Shown in pieces: positions 21,627 to 34,035 of a stretch of 41,197 nt of DNA (position 1 is the stretch's first letter; every line of letters starts with the position of its first letter). A program made the translations under genes and the position numbers. The stretch comes from Torpedo marmorata. Lineage: Eukaryota. Location of the stretch: assembly GCA_977017645.1 (NCBI GenBank), contig OZ360222.1, positions 188,502,804 to 188,544,000 on the forward strand. Reading direction: 5' to 3'. The notes below the pieces were generated by a model. It ran no database searches. It was not told the DNA's origin and was given only the letters and a program-made list of their open reading frames with translations.

Positions 21627-22002
21627 TTGGCCTATCTTGGTCCCAGACTAACAATGGCCTATTGTGTAAATTCTATTGCAGATATAACGTTACAGAAATT
21701 GCAGACTACCACTCAGTTGCAGTTCAGTGTCTATATGTCTCCCTGTTGAATCGAACAAAATATCGCATTAGCTGAAGCTTTCTGGTGTTTGATGCCTAAC
21801 TAAATACTGATATGGCAATTGTAATGAACCTCTAAAGTGCAAAGCAATTTCTGTTTTCAAATGGATATATTTGTAATTGTTTGCAAAACTGCTCTAAAAC
21901 CACAGGCATGTCAGTGGACAATAGTACCTAGCCATACGTGTTTTCCAGTTGAGATATTTGGAGAAGCATCTTAAGCTGGAAAACGTGTTTTTTCACATTA
22001 TG

Positions 22003-22273
22003 ATATAGAAAGAGGCCACCGGTCCTTGAGGCAATGCCAGCTCTCTGAGCAAATTCCATCAATCCAATTCCTCCACTTACTTCCCTTTAACTTCTCTCTT
22101 GCATGCCCAATAACTGTCCAGTTTTCATCACAAAACAACTACACTGGGGCTAATTTACAGCTGTCAGCTACCAACCAGCATGTCTGGGATCTGGGGGGAA
22201 ACCAGGGCACCTGGCAGAGGTCACAATGTGCAAAGTCCACAGAGAAAAGTGGAGATTAAGATGGAACCTGGGT
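22003..22273 (-). mobile_element. Old V-SINE, 3' part (5' head continues at 25453-25502), split by L1
   Basis: GGGGGAAACCAGGGCACC...ATGTGCAAAGTCCACA..GAACCTGGGT joins ATCTGGAGCTGAGCAGCAATAGTACT...TGCTGCCC across the TSD. Confidence 0.65.
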
Positions 22274-23472
22274 TCTTAATATAGTAGGGATTAAAATCGG
22301 TATGGAAGAGCATAAGATTAGTTTGTTTGCAGATGATGTATTAATATATATGATGAAATCAATTACATCACTTCAACAACTAGCTATTATATTAACAGAA
22401 TATGGTGAAATATCTGGGTATAAAATTAATTCAGATAAAAGTGAAATAATGGCTTTATCTCAAGGTGATTATACTAGGTGTAGAGAAGTTACGGAATTTA
22501 AGTGGGCAAAAGAAGGAATTAAATACTTGGGAGTTAAGGTGGATACGAAATTAGAAAATTTGTATAAATTAAATTATGTACCTTTATTCACGAAAATAAA
22601 GAAAGATTTGGAAAATTGGAAAGATTTACCTATAACTTTAATGGGGAGAGTAAATTGTATTAAGATGAATATTTTTCCAAGAATTCAATATCTTTTTCAA
22701 TCAATTCCTTTTGGAATTCCAAAAAATTTTTTTTTTTAAAGATTTAAAGTTTATAATTAGGAAATTTTTATGGAAAGAGAAGTTAGCAAGAGTGAGTATG
22801 GATAAGTTAACATAGAATTATGAGATGGGAGGATTGCAACTTCCTAATTTTCAATATTATTATAAAGCAGCTCAATTAAAATTTGTTAATGAATTTTTTG
22901 ATTTAGCTAAAACTTCTGCTTGGGTTAATATAGAATTAAATAATATAGGAGAAAATCATAAAGAGGATATTATTTATAAGTGGAATTCTAAATTATTATT
23001 AGTAAAATAGAAAAATTCACCGATTATTAAACATTTGTTGGAAATATGGACACAGGTAGATAAAGAAATAGGCGGGAGAGGATTAATTTCTTTAAATATG
23101 CCATTATATCAAAATCCACTTTTATTATTTACTATGAATAATCAGTTATTGAAAATATGGTTTCAAAAAGGAATTAAGAATTTTAAAGATTGTTTTGAGG
23201 CTGGAAGATTTGTTACGTTTCAAAGATTGAAGGAAAAATTTAATGTATTAGATAATACATGGTTAGCTTATTATCAAGTTAAAGCTTTTCTGGTTGAGTA
23301 ATTAGGAGAAGATTTGATTGCTCCAAGACATAATGAGTTAGAATTATTAATAACTAAAGCAAATGTATAAATTATTCCAGAGAAATTGCCTAAAGTAGGA
23401 TTACATAAATCAAGATTAAAATGGGAATTAGATTTAAATGTAAATATAGCGGAAAAACATTGGGAAGATTTA

Positions 23473-24809
23473 CCGTATATTTCGGCGTATAAGTCGACCC
23501 TTGAAACCCTCAAAAATGTCTCAAAAAACGGGGGTCGACTTATACGCCAGATATACTTTTGAGACCTTAAAATCAGCTCAAAATCGAGTTCACGCCGATT
23601 CGGCGTATAAGTCGACCCCTGAAAACACGATTCGGCGTATAAGTCGACCCCTGAAAACACGATTCGGAGTATAGGTCGACCCTGGAAGCACCTCCCCACC
23701 GACGGCGCCGCCGCTCCCCGACATCTCCCCACCACCGGGCGCCGCCATAAACCACCCAGACATTCTACAATTGTAGAGCCCGAGGTCCCCGCTCCTACCC
23801 GGGAGAATGAGCTCCCCGCTCCTGCTCGGGAGAATGAGCTCCCCGCTCCTACCTGGGAGAACGAGCTCCCCGCTCCTGCCCGGGAGAACGAGTCCCCGCT
23901 CCTGCTCGGGAGAACGAGCTCCCCGCTCCTGCTCGGGAGAACGAGCTCCCAGCTCCTGCTCGGGAGAACGAGCTCCCCGCTCCTGCTCGGGAGAACGAGC
24001 TCCCCGCTCCTGCTCGGGAGAACGAGCTCCCCGCTCCTGCTCGGGAGAACGAGCTCCCCGCTCCTGCTCGGGAGAACGAGCTCCCCGCTCCTGCTCGGGA
24101 GAACGAGCTCCCCGCTCCTGCTCGGGAGAACGAGCTCCCCGCTCCTGCTCGGGAGAACGAGCTCCCCGCTCCTGCTCGGGAGAACGAGCTCCCCGCTCCT
24201 GCTCGGGAGAACGAGCTCCCCGCTCCTGCTCGGGAGAACGAGCTCCCCGCTCCTGCTCGGGAGAACGAGCTCCCCGCTCCTGCTCGGGAGAACGAGCTCC
24301 CCGCTCCTGCTCGGGAGAACGAGCTCCCCGCTCCTGCTCGGGAGAACGAGCTCCCCGCTCCTGCTCGGGAGAACGAGCTCCCCGCTCCTGCTCGGGAGAA
24401 CGAGCTCCCCGCTCCTGCTCGGGAGAACGAGCTCCCCGCTCCTGCCCGGGAGAACGACCTCCCCGCTCCTGCTCGGGAGAAAGACGTCGCCGCACCTGCA
24501 TCTTCCCGGCCAGAAGCAAAGGTTTTTTTTTTTTACTGTTTTTTTTACTTACCGGTTTTTTACTTGCTTAATTTACAGCTTTGTTACTTGGCGAATGGGA
24601 TGTTGTAACAAATTTTGGGTTGTTGCTGGGAGGCCCAGACAGCCTGAAAATTGGGGGTCGACTTATACGCCGGTCAATGCGCAACATCTCAGGCATCGCG
24701 ATTTTTGGGGGTCGACTTATACGCCAGATATACCATAAAACCATTAAAATGAGGCTGAAAAAGGGGGGTCGACTTATCTGCCGGTCGACTTATACGCGGA
24801 AATATACGG
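23473..24809. mobile_element. Tc1/mariner-type MITE with internal minisatellite
   Basis: 27-bp TIR CCGTATATTTC(G/C)GCGTATAAGTCGACC with 1 mismatch; TA TSD. Removing it restores GAAGATTTATGTAAGTTAAGTATG, as at about 34042. Confidence 0.93.
23782..24480. repeat. 27-bp minisatellite, about 26 copies
   Basis: Unit GAGCTCCCCGCTCCTGCTCGGGAGAAC; central copies are identical. Confidence 0.97.
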
Positions 24810-26184
24810 TATGTAAGTTAAGTATGACTAAAGTTATTAATGTTAGATATAGATTAGTACAATATAATTTTTTTCATCAATTATATTTAACACCAAAAAA
24901 ATTATAGAAATTTAACCAGACTTTGTCGGATTTGTGTTTTAGATGTAAGAATGAAGTAGGTTCTTTTGTCCATTCTACATGGTTATGTCCAAAGATTCAA
25001 GATTTTTGGCTGAAAGTTAAGAATTTTTTAGAGAGAGTTTTTAATGTTATGTTTCCAATGGATCCTATGTTATTTTTATTTGGAGATATTAGAAAATTTA
25101 GTATTAGGAATAGACTGAATATATATCAGGTAGAATTTTTGCGAATTGTTTTAGCTGTCTCAAAAAAATGTATTGCTATTACTTGGAAATCAGATTTAGA
25201 TTTAAATTTAGATAGGTGGCATGCAGAACTTCGTTCGTGTATTCCTTTGGAAAAAATTACTTATAATTTACGTAATAAATACCATTCTTTTTTAAAAATT
25301 TGGAGCCCATATATGAGAGTTATGGGTTTAAGGATTTGAATTCTCTAGAAATCAGGTCTATTGGCGAGTTTAACCTCCAAGATAAAATAAGTTTTTAGAT
25401 GGTTCTCTCCTCACTACTAAGAAAAAAAAAAAAAAAAAGATGGAACCTGGGTATCTGGAGCTGAGCAGCAATAGTACTGACTGTTGTGGTACTATGCTGC
25501 CCATTTTTCTTCTTTCTCTCTTCCCTCCCTCATTACCCTTCAATTTCCAGCAACAGCAGTTAAATCAATGGTAGCCAAGGTTACCTAATGCAGCATATCT
25601 GCAACCAGACCTGCAACTCTACAAATTTCCAATCTGCATGGGCATGGACTTGTGCAATACATCAAAAGTTGAATATGGCGACGCGATCTTTCAGACTCCA
25701 TTTTGTAATATATAATTCTGCTTAAGATTGTATAGTTGTGACGAAAGAGTTTTAATGAAAAATAAATGAGCTTAATTTGTATGGCACTGGAAAACCAGAA
25801 TGAGAAAAGATAGGTGGAAAGTCTACCCAAAAATCCAGCGAATATATAAAAAAAAACAAAGATGCTAGTCCTGTTTTTTCCCCCAAAGTCTACAAAAAAA
25901 TGCAGATCAGAAGCCAGTACTCCCCCATCTTGTGCAAGCCAAGTCAGATATGGATTACAGTGCCATTCATGGCCTTACTCTTGAATTTTGAGGAAACATG
26001 CAGACCTTTGATTCCAAAGCCAATTGGGGCAGCGGGGAGATGATCCTTTGGTGTGTCAGACGTTGACAATTGGTAAGGGCTGGAAATATTTTTTCATGTC
26101 ACTGTTCTGCACAACAAGGACATTGTGCATGATGACAGTGAACTATACTTTCTAATTAATTGTGTCTATTAATTTTATTACATT

Positions 26185-26990
26185 TTTTTGGGGAATATTT
26201 TATTTGTATTTTTTAAAGCCAAACAATAACAAAAATAATACATCAAATATAATATTCGTCTGTTGACTATTATACTAAAAAACAACAAAATTACAAACAA
26301 AGGAAAACCCACCCACCCAATTCCCCCCTAAAAGAAAAAAAAAGAGGAATAGAATAAGAAATGGTTGAAATAGAAAAGGAAAGAAGATATTGGAGGCTCG
26401 TCGTCCACCCCGCAGGCTTAAATTACTTGGCATACTCGGATTTCTGAAGAGGAAATGGACATAGGTCCTGGAGGCGAGGGGGGGCCTGGTTATAGATTTA
26501 CAGCCACGTGTTGTAAATATGGAGTCCAAATCTTTAAAAATATATCATATCTATTTCTAAGATTATAGGTAATCTTCTCAAGGGGAACACAACTATACAT
26601 TTCCTCATTCCATCTTGTCATACCATTTCCTGGCCATCGCCAATGCGATCTCCACAAATTTTATTTGAAATTTTGACAGCCTCATCTTAGGTCTTACGCC
26701 GGAGATATTGCCCAATAGAAATAATTCTGGGCGTTGTGGGAACTGAATTTCTGTAATTTGTTCTAAGAGTTTCCCTAAGTCCGTCCAGAAAGGTTTTACT
26801 TTGGGGCATGACCAGGTTAAATGTAAAAACGTTCCTATTTCTTTGCTGCATCTAAAACATTTATCTGATATTTCTGATTTAAATTTATTCACTTTTTGCG
26901 GCGAGATACAACTGGTGCAAAAAATTATATTGTACCAGTCTGTATCTCACATTTATTGTGTTTTTCATACTGTCCCGACATAAGTCGGAC
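26185..26990 (-). mobile_element. L1-clade LINE 3' fragment, second subfamily
   Basis: ISDKCFRCSKEIGTFLHLTWSCPKVKPFW...LFLLG...IALAMARK, then VPLEKITYNLRNRY in another frame. Confidence 0.88.
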
Positions 26991-27214
26991 CAGTTTTGAT
27001 TTTATTACTACATATCTTGAAAATGTCTTCCATTATTGCAGTTACCTAGATCAATGCTATAAAAGCACATTTCCCACTGTATTTTGGTAGTTAGTGTCAA
27101 GTAATATTCGGAAATACGAATATACTGGGCTAGGTTTCGTGTTTTATCACAAAAACTATTCTACACCTGTACCAAAGGTCTCTGCATTAGAACTTTGGGT
27201 TATGCAGTAAAATG

Positions 27215-27795
27215 CAACTAGTTCCACTATCCTAAAGTTATGAAATAGGATGCAGCGGATTGGTGCAGGGCATCAGAGCAGGAGAATCCCTCCCTTCTTC
27301 CACCTCCCCCTCGCCCCTTGTGCTGAGAAGACAACTGGGAGAGGACCCTACAGGGTAGGAAACCACAGCAGCGGACCAAGCACCACCTTGGGACTCGGCA
27401 GCCAAAGGGCTCACACTGCGCCCCAGGCTTCTTTGGACCACCTACTGGGACCAGAATTCATGAGGGTGCTGATAGTGAGCTGGGTTCCCAAAAAGCCTCT
27501 GGCGTGAACAGCTTCCTAATCGTCTCGAGGGTTCGGAACTGAGGGCTGAGGAGGGTGACTTGCCTCAAACTTGGGTTCACCATTGGATAGGGCAGGACAC
27601 ATTGTGGGTACAGGAGGTGGCAGCATCAGAGGAGGTGGGAGGATCCATGGGCACTTGATGTCCCTGAAGATGCTCTCTTTCTTGTATTGATAGTGGTGCT
27701 GTATTGGTGACGCCTTTTTGTGGGCCTTTACAGAGCAAACAAATGAAATCTTGTGTATTTTGTGTACATAGCAATAAATGGAATATTGAATCAAA
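27215..27795 (+). mobile_element. Degraded GC-rich non-autonomous retroposon related to 10485-11315
   Basis: The 3' part CTCTCTTT...GCCTTTACAGAGCAAACAAATGAAAT...CAATAAATGGAATATTGAATC parallels the reverse complement of 10485-10640. Confidence 0.45.
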
Positions 27796-29504
27796 ATAAC
27801 ACCTAAAAGCAACAAATGCCTGCTGATGTCTACCTTCTGCTCCTTTTTAGTACTGATCTAGTATTTTTTATATCAATTGTGTATGCTATATATGTGATCC
27901 ATTGTCAGAAGCACCAGAGGATGGTTTGCAATGTTGTTGTCAACCTAATTGGATAAGGTTTCTTTATTTCAATCAGGAATAGTCAGCAGTAGAAAAGTAG
28001 CTACCGTATTTCTGAATAAAGTAGTAAAAAAGGTCGGAGGGGAGGGAGGAATAAATGGTCAAGATCTTGCTCGTAAATGCTGGCAGTTCCAGAGGGACCA
28101 CTGGCCTTTACTTGTTTAAAGGAATGGAAGACAAAAATGTACACAGTGGGAGTAGGCAATGAATCCATCAAGGCATTTCAATTCAGAACCTTGGGGTGAA
28201 AAGGTGGTGAGGGGATTTCAATGTACTGTCACACAAGAGCTGCAGCTACAGGATTTTGATTCTAAACTCTGGGACTGTGTTTTGTTTGCACTATCTCCCT
28301 GTGACTACCTGGGTTTTTCTCTCGTGCTCTTGTTTCTTTCTCAATAGAAAATGACTTCATACTCCTTTGTGGGGAGGACAGGATAAAAGACAATGGACGA
28401 GGAAAAGAATGTGATAGAAGCAGGCAGTGATTAGTGATGAGTGAGTACAAAAACAACTCATCCACATAAGTACTACTGTGGTTATGATTTCATGATGGAA
28501 ATGCGTACTTGGCATTTGTGATCTTGTAGCTTTATCCTTTTTTAGTGCAGGATCTTCTATTCAAGTTACAAAGTAGCAATTTGCTACGTTTCTGAATCAT
28601 GGTTGTGGAAGCATAAATAGGTCAAATTTACTACTAACTTTCCAGGGTTACTTTATAGCAATGCTGATTACAGAACTTATACTTCACTATTCTGTCTGCT
28701 ATTCTTTCTGCACTTTTCCCAAAGTAAGATATTCAGGGTTCTTCACAGAAATGTGCCAAACAGAACTTGACGACAAGCCATTAAAGGAGATACTGGGGAA
28801 GATGGCTAAGTATTTGGTCGTTTAAGGAGCAGTTATAAAGAACAAATCCAATCCGGCTAATTACCACCCAGGCAAACATTAAGAAAATGATGACGGTTGT
28901 CCCTAACAGTTACTCCCTCAGTCTTTGACCTTATCACAGCCTTGGTGCAAACAAAGCCTGTAAGTGGTCAGTTATGTTTGTACCATAAAAGTCAATCACC
29001 TACCCTGTTAATTTAATGGTATTACCATCATTAAGTTCCCTCCCATTATCACCCTTGACCGCAAAACTAGACCATTTACATTCACTTTTTAATTTAAATT
29101 ATCCAGCAATTGCTGCAATTTGCTTTTGTATTAATTTCTTAAGCCAGATACATTTAAAATATCCAGTCTCTGGAATGGAGCATTTTCAGCACAAGATCAT
29201 AAATACATCAAAATATATGTTTCAGTTACATTTATTTCAGCACTTATTCATCCTGCTTGTTTTATGTGGCCTGAAGGACTAGGAAACAGAATTGCTTGAC
29301 AATGTATTTAAATGGAGACACAAATTTATAAAGCAAGTGTGAACTTCTGTCAATAATTTCCTTTCTCTCAAAATGAATGCATTTGTGCTTTTTTGCTATC
29401 AATGTCATCAGTTCATTGTGACAAAAGAGCAGGAGAAAATAACTGGTATTTTAATCTGCCTCTGGGCTTATCTTGGTTAGCGAGTCTAGAATCAAGGGTA
29501 CATT

Positions 29505-30240
29505 TTTGTACCTACCCCTGTGACCACAGGAAGTGCAACCCTTGCGTCCACACCTCCTCCCTCACCACCATCCGGGGCTCCAAACAGTCCTTCCAAGTGA
29601 AACAGTTCACTTGTGAATCTACGGGGGTCATCTACAGCATCTGGTGCTCCCGTTGTGGCCTTCTCGACATAGAAGAGACTGGAGGCAGACTGGGAGATTG
29701 CTTCACTGAGCACCTTCGCTCTGTCCTCAGCAATGATGGGGATCTCCCAAAGAGTGGCCAACCATTTCAATTCCGTGCCCCACTCCCGCTCTGAAATGTC
29801 TGTCCATGGCGTCGTGCACTGCCAAGCCAAGGCCACCTGTAAATTGGAGGAGCAACACCTCATATTCTGTCTGGGCACTCTCCAACCGGATGGCATTAAC
29901 ATCGAGTTCTTCGGTTTCTGTTAGGCCACCTCCCTCTCTTCTCCATCCCTCTGTCTCCTTTCCTCCAGCTCGCCACCCCTTCCATCTCCATTCAGAGAGC
30001 TATCCCCTCCCCCTATCGCTTCTCAGCCTGTTTTTAATCTTGTGCCCTCCCATATCCACCTATGATCTCTTGCCTGTGCTCCTGCCCCTCCCTCCACCAT
30101 TTTATTCCGATGCCTGCCTGCATTTTACTCATACCTTGATGAAGGGCTCAGGCCTGAAACGTTGATTATGTATATTTATCCTTGCTACATAAAGAATGCT
30201 GTGTAACTTGTTGAGTTTCTCTAGCAATTTTGTATAAACT
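29505..30240 (+). mobile_element. Penelope-like element: GIY-YIG endonuclease remnant plus pLTR
   Basis: PCDHRKCNPC...FTCESTGVIYSIWCSRCGLLDIEETGGRLGDCFTEHLRSV / VANHFNSVPH...EEQHLIFCLGTLQPDGINIEF, then CATACCTTGATGAAGGGCTCAGGCCTGAAACG. Confidence 0.9.
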
Positions 30241-31389
30241 ACAGACTTTCTTATTTAACTATAATTTTACTTTCTGGTCAGAGTGAATAGTGTGTACTTT
30301 ACTAAATTGAGGTAGGAGTGATGAATGGATGTGCTTAGCATTTCACAACCTTGGAAAAACTCAAGTAATTTTTTATATATATTAAGTAGAATTTTTTAAA
30401 GTTATGGAAACTGAAACAAGCAGGGTGCACACATTTGAATTTTAATAATGAAGGATTTACATACAAGCTTTAACATTAACAAAATAAAGTATTTGATTTG
30501 TTGCACCCCAGAGCTTTGTACTGTGCGTTATGATTGGATTGTGATTGAACTCATCATGTGATTTCCTATCATCCGTTTCCTGCCCCCTCTTTCCCTTCTT
30601 TGGTTGCACAACAAACATGTCCATGCTTGCTGTGCATGTCCTTCCCATGGAAATTAGAAAGTGAAATGAATTTATTGATCTAATTAGATGATCTTTGACT
30701 GTCACAAAATATTTTTATTCTGCATGAGATAATTGTGTAACTACCGGTAATACTGAAACAATTTTCAAAAAAAATAAAGTTTCAATGATTTTACCCCCTG
30801 GAGTCATGTGCAGATTAATCTTCAATGTTTTTAAACTCCAGGATAATTCTTGAGGATTGGTCACCATACATCAAGTCCAGACTCGGCAAATGTTCCTTGT
30901 TGATTGTAATTTAATTTTTAAATACCGTAGTATCTGTGTCTTTGGCACACTTCATCAAAAGCAGGTCATGTTGAAGTTGCTTGAAAGCCAAGGTCTGTTT
31001 ATAAATAATTGATGTTGTCCTTGTAATGTTTTATAGAGGTCCCTTGTTCTGTATATGATGGCCAGCTGCCAAGTGAAATTCCAGAATTTCCCACTTGTGA
31101 CATTTGAATCTGAAGCTGGAATGTTTCTTAGCTGTTTATTGAGCACTTGCATCACTCACCCCTCCTCACATCATTTTGCTGCCTTAAGCTGAAATTCGCA
31201 TGGCAGGTGGAAGTTTCTTTTCTGTGAATTGTCAATGTAATGCGAAGAACTAGTTTGGTGCTAGTTTGAATATAGAAGATGTAAAAATAAGATAATTATT
31301 TTTCTTAATGGCATCTGCAAAAGTTTTATTTGATACAGGAAATGTTCACTAATTAATTTCTCAATAGAAATTAGATATTGCCATTAGAT

Positions 31390-32235
31390 AGTGAAGGCAG
31401 TTGCCAAAGATTGTAGCAGGATCTTGATCAGTTGGGCAGATGGCAGAGGAATGAATGGATGATGGAATTTAATACAGAAAAATGTAAGGTTTTGCATTTT
31501 CTAACATGAGTTGGACTTACATTATGAATCTGGGGAGTGTTATCGAGCAGAAGTATCGAGGAGTACAGGTGCATAGTACCTTGAAAGTAGAATAACAGGT
31601 AGATAGGGTGGTCAAAAATGCTTTCGGCACATTGGTCTTCATCAGATTGAGTATGGAAATTGGGAGGTGATACTGTAGTTGTATAGGACATTGGTGAGGC
31701 CCTATTTGGAGTAATGTGTTCAGTTTTGGTCACCGTACTTCAGGGAAGATGTTGTCAAGCTGGAGAGAGTGCAGAGAAGATTTACGAGGATGTTTATAGG
31801 TCTCTTGGGTCTCTGAGCTATTGGGAGAGGTTGAGCAGGCTAGGGCTTTGTTCCTTGGAGTGAAGGAGGATGAGGGGAGATCTCATAGAGATGTACAAAA
31901 TTGAGAGGAATGGATCGGGTAAATGAAGAGAGTCTTTTGCCAGAGTTGGGGAATTGGTAGCCAGAGAACATGGGTTGAAGGTGAGGGGGAAGCAATTTAG
32001 TAGGAACCTGAGGGATAACCTTTTGGCACAGAGGGTGGAGAGTGTATGGAATAGGCTGCCTGAGGAGGTGGCTGAGGCAGGTACAATTGCAATGTTTAAG
32101 AACAAAAATTGAAAGGATACATGGTAGGATAGGTTCAGAGGGATATGGGCAAAATGCAGGCAGGTGGGACATTTTAGGTCAGTGTGAGCAAGTTGGGCCG
32201 AAGGGCTTGTTTCCATGTTGAATGAATTTCTGACT
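31390..32235 (+). mobile_element. CR1 LINE 3' portion, degraded
   Basis: QDLDQL..W....MEFN.EKCKVLHF, LYRTLVRP.LE.CVQFWSP, KLERVQRRFTRM, RRMRGDLIEMYKI; 3' end GGGCCGAAGGGCTTGTTTCC. Confidence 0.88.
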
Positions 32236-32399
32236 CAATGGATAGTGATTCTAGAAATTGATAAGTTGAATCTGCCCATATCAAAATTATCAAGATGTAA
32301 CAATTGAAACTATTTGTTACTATGTCACCACTTGCCATGTTCTTTTTGCTACCTATCATACTTCGCAGTTCCATTGGCTGGGCAGGAATGTAACTGCAA

Positions 32400-32705
32400 A
32401 ATCAAAGTTAAAAGTTATTGTCAGAATACATAGATGACATCACGTACAACCCTGAGATTCTTTTATCGGTAATTGGAAACTGTACTCAAGAAGAAAGAAA
32501 TGTATACAAAGAAAGGAATGTAAACAAAATAATGAATTGTAAATAAACTGTGGTCTTCGTGACATTGAGTGAGAGGTTGTTGTTAATACACCATTCAGCC
32601 AAGTTTTTAGTCTCCCTCCTGTATGCTGACTCATCGCCCCTTTTTATACAGCCTACTACAGTGATATCGTCAGCAAATTTGTATATGGTGTACTGAACCA
32701 CACAG
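32400..32705 (-). mobile_element. Rex1/Babar LINE, RT core piece joined directly to 3' UTR
   Basis: YTIYKFADDITVVGCIKRGDESAYRRETKNLAEWCINNNLSLNVTKT, then a tail matching 36925-37075. Confidence 0.82.
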
Positions 32706-33420
32706 TCACGTTGTAATTTGAAAATATACCTTACAGATGTCTGTCCAGATAGAGATAAGCAATTCTTCTGTCGTGAAGCATGGTGGGTTGAAAATTATGC
32801 AGGTTTATGGTAATTTTATTGTTGTAATTCTTTTGACGTTGGCAAAACCAGTCCTGAAGATCAGGGAATTTAAAATACAAATTATTTAAAAGTGTATTGA
32901 GTTTCTGCTGCCTTTAGCTCTGGTTTAAAAGTAATTTTATCCATTCAGTCATTTCTAAAAATATGATCATAGTCCAACATCAAAATAACAAAATTGATAA
33001 GTTTCTGTTGAACTCGTTTGAGGAAGGTCATCAAATTGCCTTTAAAATCACGTTACCCTGTATTTGCAGATGGAAATTCAGAAACAAAGTAATATTTCTG
33101 TTTAGTGATGCGCCCAATTTCAGCTGTAATTCTATCACTATGGATTGTGAAACTTACCGTAAGTATACCAACAATGTTTACAGTTCAAAGAACAAGGAAA
33201 ATAATGAATTAAGCTGAATGATTAGTTCACAAAAGGTTTAGAATTTACAATTATCCTAATCATTTAAGGCAGAAACACGAACTGTAATCTTGTTTGAGAG
33301 TTTCAAATCCAGTTGACACTCAATTTTCCCATTGCAGGCAAAACAGAAATTTGCCCCAAGTATCTCTGCGTATTATGATGTGTGGCTCTTTGAGACTGTG
33401 GAAATTATGAATTTCCTTTA

Positions 33421-33912
33421 TAGGTGCTCCCCTACTTACGATTTTTCGAAGTTACGATGGTACAATAGCGTGACTGTCGTTATTTACTTTCATGAAATAC
33501 GTTAAAGTAAGGTAATCGCAAGCATCGTTGATTTTTCCAATAAAAGTTGATAATTCCTCTAAGGTGAATTCTTTGTAGCCTCCTTGGTCAGTCACTTTTA
33601 GTTCAGTCGAAAAGCTTGCAGGGACTGATACATACAGCGCTGTCAGGAGAGAGCGGGGCAGTGGGATCAGTGTGGGGACTGATACAGCATTGTCAGGAGA
33701 GAGTGGGGCAGCGGGATCAGTGTGGGGACTGATACAGCGCTGTCGGGGGAGAGCTGGGCATTGCGATCAATGTGTGACTGATACAGGGCCGTGGGGAGAG
33801 AGCGGGGCAATGGGATCAGTGTGCCGGTGTTATACAAGGTATACCTGTATTCTTTTTCGACTTACGATGGGTTTGTCGGAACACAACCCCATCGTAGGTT
33901 TAGGAGCACCTG
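33421..33912. mobile_element. Tigger/pogo-like (Tc1/mariner) MITE with 50-bp internal tandem repeat
   Basis: TA|TAGGTGCTCCCCTACTTACGAT ... ATCGTAGGTTTAGGAGCACCTG|TA; subterminal CGACTTACGATGG motifs. Confidence 0.8.
33620..33823. repeat. About 50-bp tandem repeat, about 4 degenerate copies
   Basis: GGGACTGATACAGCGCTGTCAGGAGAGAGCGGGGCAGTGGGATCAGTGTG; TGTGGGGACT recurs at 33671 and 33721. Confidence 0.88.
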
Positions 33913-34035
33913 TACTGACTTGTATCGCTCCTTACCTGCCTGCACATGCAAATCCAGAATAGACAGGCACAAAAGATACATGCACAGACAGGCAAATTAT
34001 GCGTGCATATCTCACATTCAGAAAGATGCAGATTT

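Larger units (their letters stand above)
22274..25436 (+). mobile_element. 5'-truncated L1-clade LINE (ORF2 RT to C-terminal zinc finger), poly(A) tail, interrupted by a MITE
   Basis: 16-bp TSD AAGATGGAACCTGGGT (22258-22273, 25437-25452). KISLFADD, SGYKINSDKSE, KYLGV, GGLQLPNF, CFRCKNEVGSFVHSTWLC. Contains stops and frameshifts. Confidence 0.95.

Noticed and set aside
23782-24480. CRISPR-like array
   Set aside because: Head-to-tail 27-bp units with no unique spacers, in eukaryotic DNA with no cas genes.
23590-24571. 309-aa and 254-aa repeat-protein ORFs
   Set aside because: They arise from a stop-free 27-bp (multiple of 3) minisatellite inside a MITE.
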